A DNA stretch of 64,000 bases from Macrostomum lignano (lineage: Eukaryota). A program made the translations under genes and the position numbers. The notes under the pieces were generated by a model. The model ran no database searches, had not been told where the DNA came from, and worked only from the letters and a program-made list of their open reading frames with translations. How positions within the stretch are numbered: the first letter of the stretch is position 1; every line of letters begins with the position of its first letter. Of the stretch, positions 14,659-26,100 are shown piece by piece. The DNA is taken from contig NIVC01000216.1 of the NCBI GenBank assembly GCA_002269645.1, positions 1 to 64,000 on the forward strand, in the 5' to 3' direction.

Positions 14659-14765
14659 TAACCATGATTATCCCCATGAACCATGATTATCCCCATGAAT
14701 CATGAATATCCCCATCAACTATGAATATTCCCCATGAACCATCATTATCCCCATGAAGCATGAAT
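14659..14765. repeat. short 19-bp tandem repeat (CCATGATTATCCCCATGAA)
   Basis: 5-6 degenerate units. Confidence 0.75.
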
Positions 14766-15261
14766 ATCTTCTTTGAATTTTTAAGCTGTGAATCTCTTAA
14801 CCCCAATATTGACTAAAAATCAGTTGTTTTTAAAACCACTTTTGGCATCCGTCAAGCAAACCAGACCCGAATTAGCGGGCCATGGAAACCAAAGCTCACC
14901 TCCGCCTCGGGTTCTGTCTCGAGCGAACGAATCCTCAATAGTGAAACACAATAGGGTTTATTGGGAGATTGAACAGGGTTGGAGAGCGGGAGTGGGGGAG
15001 GCACGCACAGTTCGAGGGGGGGGGGGCGAATAAGCTGAAAATTGGCAAACTGCCAATAAGATCGCTAGCTCGAATTGAGAATATTGAGAATCTTGCATGG
15101 CTATCCTTTCCTTCCTCACTATTTTTCGGGCATGATCGCTGGGAGGGTCATGACCCCCGTCACCTCTCGTTATCCGGAGTACATCATCATAAGTTTCTGA
15201 TTTAATTGTACGATTTAAGTTAGTTTAATTTCGTTTCAACAGCAAATGAACCTTTATCAGT

Positions 15262-15870
15262 CAGGGGTCTGCAAACTCCGGCCCACGGGCCACTTAGCTG
15301 CAGCCTGCTCTCGCGAGCCCTGTGAAATTTCACAATAGCAATTTGGCCCGCTCTTTGTCTCTTCTCTCTTCTCGCTTCTATTCCTTTCCCCTCTCTCCCT
15401 TTCCATTCTCTCTCTCTTCTCTTCTCCCCTCTTTTCCCCTCTCTCTTCTCCCCTCTTTTCCCCTCTCTCTTCTCTCCTCTTCCCCTCTCTCTTCTCTCCT
15501 CTTCCCCTCTCTCTTCTCTCCTCTTCCCCTCTCTCTTCTCTCCTCTTCCCCTCTCTCTTCTCTCCTCTTCCCCTCTCTCTTCTCTCCTCTTTTCCCCTCT
15601 CTATTCTCTCCTCTTTTCCCCTCTCTCTTCTCTCCTCTTCCCCTCTCTCTTCTCTCCTCTTCCCCTCTCTCTTCTCTCCTCTTCCCCTCTCTCTTCTCTC
15701 CTCTTTTCCCCTCTCTCCCTTCTCTCCTCTTTTCCCCTCTCTCTTCTCTCCTCTTCCCCTCTCTCTTCTCTCCCCTTCCCCTCTCTCTTCTCTCCTCTTC
15801 CCCTCTCTCTTCTCTTCTCTTCCCCTCTCTTCTCTCTCCTCTCCCTTCTCTTCTCTCCTCTTCCCTCTGA
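15262..15870 (+). mobile_element. hAT(Charlie/SPIN)-like terminal fragment followed by a CT-rich tract (copy 1 of 3)
   Basis: Starts CAGGGGTCTGCAAACTCCGGCCCACGGGCCAC, typical of hAT termini. Shares TGAAA(T/C)TTCACAATAG(C/A)AAT..GGCCCGCTC and the CT tail with the copies at 18712 and 49122. No matching second TIR or TSD was found. Confidence 0.55.
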
Positions 15871-16397
15871 CTTTAGTTTCTCATCTTGCACTCCATGGGT
15901 CGCACTCACTGGCACGACCCAATACCCATGATGATACTGTAATCAGGGTGTGTAATGGTGCCTCCTCATGGACTTATCTGGTTCCAGGGGAGCAATACAT
16001 AGTCCACAAGAGTCAACCGTCCTCAATTGTACATCAAGTGTACAATGTACAGTGTACAGTGCCCGTCGGTACTGTCCATTAGGAATCTAAGATCAAAATA
16101 AGAAACGCGAAGTCGAATATGTTCTGTTCGGAAACAGACCACAGCGATAGATGGCGAATTATTATACAAAAGAAATTCTCGGCAAAGAAACACTTCAATA
16201 GAACACGAGCGGTCTTACAGAAGAAGTGGCTGTCTATAAAAAAGCCGATCAATCATGATCGAAACCTGACAGTCTTGCTGTGTAAAAGCATGCTTTATTT
16301 TATGTGATGCATCATGCATACTATCAAGCTATCAAGCAAGATTTTCGAAGTGTAAACATTCGATATTCGATTTGATGGCTGTTAGCCTGACACATGA

Positions 16398-16778
16398 CAC
16401 CAAGGGGCGCCAGCACCAAGAGGCGCCAGCACCAAGGGGCGCCAGCACCAAGGGGCGCCAGCACCAAGGGGCGCCAGCACCAAGGGGCGCCAGCACCAAG
16501 AGGCGCCAGCACCAAGGGGCGCCAGCACCAAGAGGCGCCAGCACCAAGGGGCGCCAGCACCAAGGGGCGCCAGCACCAAGGGGCGCCAGCGCCAAGAGGC
16601 GCCAGCACCAAGGGGCGCCAGCACCAAGGGGCGCCAGCACCAAGGGGCGCCAGCACCAAGGGGCGCCAGCACCAAGGGGCGCCAGCACCAAGGGGCGCCA
16701 GCACCAAGGGGCGCCAGCACCAAGGGGCGCCAGCACCATGGGGCGCCAGCACCAGGGGGCGCCAGCACCAGGGGGCGC
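16398..16778. repeat. 16-bp minisatellite (CACCAAGGGGCGCCAG)
   Basis: About 23 units; explains five overlapping ORFs. Confidence 0.95.
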
Positions 16779-17369
16779 AAAAGTAGTTCTGTTGAGTTCA
16801 ATTACTATTGGCACCAGTGAATCCGGGGGGTTGGGGCTGGCTGAACGTCAGTTGGCTTACATGTACATCTCCAGTCTAAAGGCTGGTTATATCCTACTAT
16901 TATTCGTTAAATAATAGTAGCTAAAGAGGGAATAAAACCCATTGCCAAGTACTTGAAGTAGACATGTCTACGAAGTCACGATTTTTTTTCGTGTATAGCC
17001 TCAAAACATTTATAAGAAACTCTTCTTAATTTTCACGTGTTTGCTGCTTTGGCAAAGTTGCATACTTGCATAGTATACCAGCTATTACATGATGGGGTAG
17101 CAGCTTTCTAAAGCAAAATAACAGAAGTCTACAGACGCAAATAACAACACAAATGCACAGGATGGCAAGAACCCAGTCTGTGACCATTAATGATCCTGGC
17201 ATTGTAAACGAGTAAATCTTTTATTGGCGAATGCTATTTTGAGACAGCTATGAATAAAAGAAGTTACCGTGTAGCGCAGTGCATAAACAAAAATATCAAG
17301 AAAAACGCGACCTCTGGACGCACCTACAAAACGCAAATGAAATAACAAAAACTCAGTGCTACATGCTTT

Positions 17370-18218
17370 GTGAGTGACTGTGGTCATGTGAGTGACTGTA
17401 GTCATGTGAGTGACTGTGGTCATGTGAGTGAGTGACTGTAGTCATGTGAGTGACTGTAGTCATGTGAGTGACTGTAGTCATGTGAGTGAGTGACTGTAGT
17501 CATGTGAGTGACTGTGGTCATGTGAGTGACTGTAGTCATGTGAGTGACTGTAGTCATGTGAGTGAGTGACTGTAGTCATGTGAGTGAGTGTGGTCATGTG
17601 AGTGAGTGACTGTAGTCATGTGAGTGACTGTGGTCATGTGAGTGAGTGACTGTAGTCATGTGAGTGACTGTGGTCATGTGAGTGAGTGACTGTAGTCATG
17701 TGAGTGACTGTAGTCATGTGAGTGAGTGACTGTAGTCATGTGAGTGACTGTAGTCATGTGAGTGACTGTGGTCATGTGAGTGAGTGACTGTAGTCATGTG
17801 AGTGACTGTAGTCATGTGAGTGAGTGACTGTAGTCATGTGAGTGACTGTAGTCATGTGAGTGAGTGACTGTAGTCATGTGAGTGACTGTAGTCATGTGAG
17901 TGAGTGACTGTAGTCATGTGAGTGACTGTGGTCATGTGAGTGAGTGACTGTAGTCATGTGAGTGACTGTAGTCATGTGAGTGAGTGACTGTAGTCATGTG
18001 AGTGACTGTAGTCATGTGAGTGAGTGACTGTAGTGATGTGCGTGACTGTAGTCATGTGAGTGACTGTAGTCATGTGAGTGACTGTAGTCATGTGAGTGAG
18101 TGACTGTAGTCATGTGCGTGACTGTGGTCATGTGAGTGACTGTAGTCATGTGAGTGAGTGACTGTAGTCATGTGAGTGAGTGACTGTAGTCATTTGAGTG
18201 GGTGACTGTAGTCATGTG
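17370..18218. repeat. 18/22-bp minisatellite (GTGAGTGACTGTAGTCAT, with or without an extra GAGT)
   Basis: Tandem units, often alternating 18 and 22 bp. Confidence 0.95.
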
Positions 18219-18711
18219 ATGTCAGCCAAACACCTTTTTTTCAATCGGAAATGGTGGGTCTCATAACCTTATGAGCTATAACTTGAATCTTCAGTTGAAA
18301 ATTGAAGTGTCTGTCTGTTTTAACTGTCACCGACTAAGATCGAAGGGGAGTCAGTTTTATACTCCTTATGCAATTCCCTCTGATTTGAACTGTTTATCTC
18401 CTAGTCGACTTATTTCTGTTTGCGAGAACCGTGCTCAGAGCCACCATCAAGAGCTACGCTTTTTAGAGCAACATCTTAAGTTATCTTATGCCTTCCTTTC
18501 CAAGCAAATAAGCCAGAGCTTCAAGATAGACATTCAGCACTGTATCTTATTTAACAAGGGCAAGCCTGTCAAAGCAGAAAAGTAAAAAAAGTAAAGAAAG
18601 TGGTTCTTGCTCGTCTAGCACTCCTAAAATCTAGTTTTTACTTTTTTGAGTGAAATTTTGAGTCCTGGTGACGCCACTATCTTTACTACAGACATGATTG
18701 TGTGTGTACAC

Positions 18712-19330
18712 CAGGGGGTGGGCCACATGCCGCCCGCGAAGCCTCTCTATCCGGCCCTCGGGCGCTTTGAAACTTCACAATAGAAATCCGGCCCGCTCAG
18801 GGTTTGTGTCTCTTCTCAGCTCTCTCCTCTCCCCTCCCCTCTCTCCCTCTCTCTCTCCCCTCCTTTCTCCCTCTCCCCTCTTCTCTTCCTCTCCCTCTCC
18901 TCTCTCCTCTCTCCACTCTCCCTCTCTCTACTCTCCCTCTCTCTACTCTCCCTCTCTCCACTCCCTCCCTCTCCCTATCTTCTCTCTTCTCTCCCTCTCC
19001 CTCTCCCCTCTTCTCTCTTCTCTCCCTCTCTCCACTCTCTCCCTCTCCTCTCTCTTATCTCCCTCTCCCTCTCCCTCTCCTCTCTTCCCTCTTCTCTCCC
19101 TCTCCCCTCTTCCCTCTTCTCTCCCTCTCCTCTCTCTTATCTCCCTCGCCCCTCTTCTCTCTTCTCTCCCTCTTCTCTCTTCCCTCTTCTCTCCCTCTCC
19201 TCTCTCCTATCTCCCTCTCCCTCTCCCCTCTTCTCTCTTCTCTCTTCTCCCCTTCTCCCCTCATCTCTCTTCTCTCCCTCTCCCCCCTTCTCTCTTCTCT
19301 CCCTTTTCCCTATCCCCTCTTCTCTCTTCT
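18712..19330 (+). mobile_element. hAT-like terminal fragment plus CT-rich tract (copy 2 of 3)
   Basis: CAGGGGGTGGGCCACATGCCGCCCGCGAAGCCTCTCTATCCGGCCCTCGGGCGCTTTGAAACTTCACAATAG is nearly identical to the reverse complement of 49020-49100. Confidence 0.6.
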
Positions 19331-20139
19331 GTCTCCTCTATACATTCTTTCCTTTAATCACTCATTTAATCATGTCAAGTCCTCTCTCGCCTCTCCCCTC
19401 TCAACTCTTCTTTCATCGCTCATTTCCTGTTTTCACTTCTCTCTTCTTTCTTCCCTCGCAGTTACAGCATGTACACCAGTGGCGTTATATAAGCCCTAGC
19501 CGTAGCCAGCCCTACAAATGGTAATTATGAATTTCTTCAACAGCACGCAAAGTCGCCAATTAGCTTTCCATTGCTACAGTGTTTCCTTTGTCTGTGCAAT
19601 GTTTTATTTCGCTCTCTCAATGTTTCCTTTCACATGAAGCGAGTCCCAAGCAGAATGCATTGAGAGCAGCATAATTGGGTTAAGAAATAGATGAGCAAGA
19701 GACCGCAGGGAGGTAGAGTTTGAGCTTGTCTGTGCAGATTCCGGTCAGCACACACCATTGCAGCGTTTGAACCTGAGCCACCTCACCCAGCCTCACTAGT
19801 CTTATTCAGGCAGGTTTTGTCGCCAGAACATACATCTAAAGAGAGGTCTAGAGACAGTTGAAGCCTTGGAGTGGAGACTGTATGGCCCTAGAATTCTTCA
19901 TCTGAGGAGGGAGGGAAGGGGGCGGCTACAATAGAGTTTGGCTCCAAGGCTTGAACTGCTGTGCAAAAGCTGGGAGCCGCTGCAGCCACTCCCTCGGCAC
20001 CCGCCCCCGCCTTTGAGCCAGGAAAATTATTCATTCTCAACTCTTTCCAACCCCGTCTGTTAGCAATATAAAAAAGTGAAATAAAACACAAGCGTACGCA
20101 AGTTATCTTACAACTTTAGATTCAGTGTCTGGATACCAG

Positions 20140-23100
20140 ATGCTCGAAATGATTTCGCTTAACATTCAACAACAGCAGCAGCAACAGCAGCAACAACAAC
20201 AGCAGCATCAGCAGCAGCATCAGCAGCAGCATCCGCTAATACTGCAACAGTGCGACCCGCTGGGCCATCACCACACTCGTACAGACGATTCCGACCTGGA
20301 GAACCTATTCAGCATTCCTTTGATAGCGGATTCATCCACCGAGTGCGGCATCTATCAGTTCGGCTGCCTGCCAACGCTAACAGACTGTCACCGGGAGCAG
20401 AAGCAGAGCTTCAGCGATGCCAGCGACACCGCGGCGACCAATGGCATCATCAAGTTGGAGGATTCCGGCTGGAGCGACTCCGACAGTCTCTGGCAGCCGA
20501 CCTGCATGCCGGCGCCGATTCCGCGACATCCGCAGCCGCTTCCGCCGCCGCCGCTGCAGCAGCATCAGCAGCTTGAACAATTTCAACTCGAACAAAGACG
20601 GAGCAATCAGTTGAGCAGGTCGATATCCAACTTTACTAGTCAGTCGTCAATTGATAGCAGCGTTGGCTGTCCGGGGTAAGTGCGGTTTCGTGGTCAATGG
20701 CTGTTAGTGATGTCAGCCATGAGGTCTCACTCCACACACTTGACCAGCTGTTAGTGAGGAGGTGATGTCAGTCATGAGGTCTCACTCTACACACTTCACC
20801 AGCTGTCAGTGAGGAGGTGATGTCAGTCATGAGGTCTTACTCAAGCCGTCAGTGACAGAGTTGTGCATCCTACTTTGATGAAGAAAAAAGCTAGTATAGA
20901 TTTTAATCAGCAAGCATGCTCAAGCATTCAAAGCAAAGCAAAAGCAATACAAACCACACCGTTGTTATTCGGCGAGCAGGGTGGACTTGCTATTCGGTGA
21001 CTCGACGGCGGACAACAGCAGCATGGAAGTGGACGGGCAGGAGCCGGAGACGATTCTGAAGAATGGCGACATTCAGTCAGGGTGAGGATGCAGGTGCTGA
21101 AGGATTCTACGAGTATGGGTGAAAATTTGAATTGCTTACCAAAAGAAGTTACTAGAGAGGGAGGGGGACCGAGAGGGATAGGATTCGATAGACTCTCAGG
21201 AGTAGGAAGAGTGTGGAAGAGGAGATGAAAAGGGGAAGTAGAGGAAGACGAAGAAGAAGAGGATGACACTGAGAAGTAGAGAGTGAGACGGAGAAGTAAA
21301 GAGTGCGAAAGAGAAGTAGAAAGTGAGACGAAAAAGTAGAGAGTGAGACGGAGAAGTATAGAGTGAGAAAGAGAAGTAGAAAGTAAGAAAGAGAAGTAGA
21401 AAATGAGGTAGAGAAGTAGAGAGTGAGATGGAGAAGTCAAGATAGAGACGGAAAAGTAGAGAGTGAGGTAGAGAAGTAGAGAGTGAGACGAAGAAGCAAG
21501 CCACTCAAAAAATAGTGGAATTATGCACAGTTTTAGGTATTGAAATCTGTATCAAAACTACATGTAAGCCCAATTAAATTTACCTTCAATGTTACAACGT
21601 TAAGCAAAAACTCTAGCAAGAATTAGGTCGGTCTGAATGACAGTCAGATCTGAAGAACAGATTGGAGTGAAAATTGGCCGGCCTTGAGTCTACCTTGCTA
21701 ACCCAGCTAGCTACTCAATATAGCTGGGTTCTATTTAGAGCCCGAGAAAGATACAAAACATTGAACCGCATATGAGAAGCATTGGGTTGTTAATACTTAA
21801 TTGTGCTCAACAACCTACGTATGTCTCCGGCCCTCCCACTGTCTTTTATTCGCAGAATGCACCTCGCAGCAGGGGTTGGTGGCCCCAACCAAGCACAGGT
21901 TATAAAACGAAGCCCCCCCCCCCACCAGAGACTGTGTAGCTGTAGGGCCTGTTTACGCAAGCCAACACAAAATGTATGGTTTATGGCTATCATAACAACA
22001 ATTTATGCACCGGTTAAACTGGGCAGGTTAAAATATTTTAGCAGTACAAATAACTTTGACCGGCAAAGTTAGAGGCATCAACAGGGCAGATGATACACTT
22101 ACTGAGTGTAATGCGGTAGTTTAATACTGCCAGATGAGTAATGATAGACATATTCCACCCTGCCTCTCCATCTTCTCTCCCTCAACATCAAGGGGGGTGG
22201 GGGATGAGAAAGTCAGGGCCGATGTACACCCTGCGTGCACAATGAGAAAGTCAGGGCCAATGTACACCCTGCGTGCACAATGAGAAAGTCAGAGCCGATG
22301 TACACCCTGCGTGCACAATGAGAAAGTCAGAGCCGATGTACACCCTGCGTGCACAATGAGAAAAATCAGAGCGGATGTACACCCTGCGTGCACAATGAGA
22401 AAGTCAGAGTCGATGTACACCCTGCGTGCACAATGAGAAAGTCAGGGCCGATGTACACCCTGCGTGCACAATGAGAAAGTCAGGGCCGATGTACACCCTC
22501 TGTGAGCGCGTGCTCAGAAGTCCAGCGAAATCGGGCATGACTGCTGGCTCCCTCCACATCCCTTCCTTAGCCTCGCTCCCTATCCCGCCTCCGCCAGGTG
22601 GAAGCTGAACCACAGCGAAGTGGAAAAGATGCGCCGTGACAAGATGAACGGCTACATCCAGGAGATGGCCAGCCTGGTGCCTCTGTGCCGTTCCGCCAGC
22701 AGGAAGCTGGACAAGCTAACAGTGATGAGGATGACGGCTCAGCACCTCAAAACTCTCCGGCTGAGGCGTCTCGGAAACGGTGGCGGAGGCGGCAGTGGCG
22801 GCCGCGGCCGCGGCGGTAACGGCCCGGGGATGCAGCTGGCCGAGGCTGCAAGTCATTTGTTCAGCACCTCCGATCTGCAGAGAATCATCCAGAATGTGAG
22901 ATGGGAGTTTTTTTACCGGTGTCAACTGTTCCTACCGGTTTTAACCAGTTAACACCGGTGTCAATAAGTAATTATCGGTTCTAACCAGTTCACACCGGTT
23001 TCAATCAGTAATTAAACTTTCTAACAGTTAACACCGGTGTCAATCAGTTCCTACCGGTTCTAACCAGTTCACACCGGTGTCAATCAGTTTCTATTGGTTC

Positions 23101-26100
23101 TAACCAGTTCACACCGGTGTCAATCAGTTTCTATTGGTTCTAACCAGTTAACACCGGTGTCAATCAGTTCCTACCGGTTCTAACCAGTTAACACCGGTGT
23201 CAATCAGTTCCTACCGGTTCTAACCAGTTAACACCGGTGTCAATCAGTTCCTACCGGTTCTAACCAGTTAACACCGGTGTCAATCAGTTCCTACCGGTTC
23301 TAACCAGTTAACACCGGTGTCAATCAGTTCCTACCGGTTCTAACCAGTTCACACCGGTGTCAATCAGTTCCTACCGGTTCTAACCAGTTCACACCGGTGT
23401 CAATAAGTAATTACCGGTTCTAACCAGTTCACACCGGTGTCAATCAGTTCCTACCGGTTCTAACCAGTTCACACCGGTGTCAATCAGTTCCTACCGGTTT
23501 TAACCAGTAAACTTTTGCAACCAACCGACACCTACCGCCTAACGCGTCGCAGAACTTTGACGGCTTCATTCTGGTGATCGGCTGTGATAGGGCGAGAATT
23601 CTCTACGCTTCGAAAGGATCGGACTGGCCGTCCAAGGACTCCAAGTGTCCGGAGTTCGAGCCGGTAAGAAAGCCGATTTGCTATATCATAAGTTCAGCGT
23701 GTTCTTTCGGAAAAACAATTTGCCTAGCCAAGCAACAACAACCGCCTTTTAGCGCGATCTGATTGGCCACAATCTATTCGACATCGTTCATCCGAAAGAT
23801 GTGAACCTTGTCAAGGAGCAGCTGGTGCAGCCGGACTCGCTGCAGGACCTCGAAGGAGAGCAGCTTGGTGAGGAGGATGTGCCTGTTGTCTTGAGATATG
23901 GCGATGGTCGTGAGCTTGAGACTGAGACTGGAGGCAGTCGGAAAGTGCACTGAGGATGGAAAGACGGCAATTGGAAACTACCCTGACCTAAGGGAGACGG
24001 CAGTTGGAAACTACCACGAGGGTAGGGAGACGGCAGTTGGAAACTACCCTGACTATAGGGAGACAGCAGTTGGAAACTACCACGAGGGTAGGGAGACGGC
24101 AGTTGGAAACTACCACGAGGGTAGGGAGACGGCAGTTGGAAACTACCCTGACCTAAGGGAGACGGCAGTTGGAAACTACCCTGACCTTAGGGAGACGGCA
24201 GTTGGAAACTACCTGACCTTAGGGAGACGGCAGTTGGAAACTACCTGACCTTAGGGAGACGGCAGTTGGAAACTACCCCGAGGAAGGGGAAACGGCAGTC
24301 GGGAACTACCCTGATCCTAGGAAAATGGCAGTTGGAAACTACCTGACCCTAGGGATACGGCAGTTGAAAACTACCACGAGGGTGGGGAAACGGAAGTTGG
24401 AAACTACCACGAGGGTAGGGAGACGGCAGTTGGAAACTACCCTGACCTAAGGGAGACGGCAGTTGGAAACTACCCTGACCTAAGGGAGACGGCAGTTGGA
24501 AACTACCCTGACCTAAGGGAGACGGCAGTTGGAAACTACCCTGACCTAAGGGAGACGGCAGTTGGAAACTACCCTGACCTAAGGGAGACGGCAGTTGGAA
24601 ACTACCCTGACCTAAGGGAGACGGCAGTTGGAAACTACCCTGACCTAAGGGAGACGGCAGTTGGAAACTACCCTGACCTAAGGGAGACGGCAGTTGGAAA
24701 CTACCCTGACCTAAGGGAGACGGCAGTTGGAAACTACCCTGACCTAAGGGAGACGGCAGTTGGAAACTACCCTGACCTAAGGGAGACGGCAGTTGGAAAC
24801 TACCCTGAGGATGAGTAAACACTCTCATAAATCGATCATTTCGCATGCCATGTTACAATTGCCAATGAACTGCACCCGCAGACCTGTCGGGAATGAGTTT
24901 CGGCTTGCGCAGGCATTTCTACTGCCGCATCAGGACAGACGTTGGGCCCAGCTCACGGCGCAGGGGAGGTGAGACACCAGCTGCCTGCTTTCTCTTATCA
25001 CTCTCTCAACTCCTCCCCCTCTCACTCTCTCAATCCCCTACTTCATGTCTGCATGAAATTTTAACAAGAGAAAAGTTAAACCAGCTTTTAATCTACTCTA
25101 TACGAGTATCCCCCTAACTCTCTTCCTTACCCACCCAATACTTTATTGCTACCCTCACTCTATTCTCTACTTTCACTCTACTCTCTCTACCTTGACTCTA
25201 CTCTCTCTACTTTCACTCTACTCTCTCTACTTTCACTCTACTCTCTCTACCTTCACTCTACTCTCTCTACCTTCACTCTACTCTCTCTACTTTCACTCTA
25301 CTCTCTCTACTTTCACTCTACTCTCTCTACTTTCACTCTACTCTCTCTCTACCTTCACTCTACTCTCTCTACTTTCACTCTACTCTCTCTACCTTCACTC
25401 TACTCTCTCTACTTTCACTCTACTCTCTCTACTTTCACTCTACTCTCTCTACTTTCACTCTACTCTCTCTCTACCTTCACTCTACTCTCTCTACTTTCAT
25501 TCTACTCTCTCTACCTTCACTCTACTCTCTCTACCTTCACTCTACTCTCTCTACTTTCACTCTACTCTCTCTACCTTCACTCTACTCTCTCCCTACTTTC
25601 ACTGCCGATTTAGTACCAGATATTTTAATTGATCCAACCAATCACCAGCTCTCAATAAAGCAACAATTCCGAATCGATTTCCACTCAGTGGTCCGCCAAT
25701 ACGAGGACTTGCACTGCAGCGGTTTCGTTCACTGGCCAACGACAGAAGCCTCAACCTCCGCCACCGCCTCCGCCTCCGCCTCCGCCTCCTCCTCATCTAA
25801 TGCTGGCGGAGAGCTCAAGCCAAAAGGCGGCACCGCGGCAGCGACGGCGAAACCGGAGCCAAAGCTGGTGGGCCAGCTGGTGCTGCTGTGCCGGCCGGCG
25901 GTCTCCGCCGATGCCGCCGGGGCCGCCGTGCCCGCCAGAACGAAGCCCGAGGCGGCGGCAAGGCAGTTCCACGCCCGGCTGACTCTGGAGGGCCGCATCT
26001 CTTGGGTGGACCTGCGGGTCACGCCGCTTCTGGGTGAGAACCGCCGCGTACCCCCTAAGGGAAATCCGCCCCCTCTCCGACAGTATGGAAATCCGCCCCC

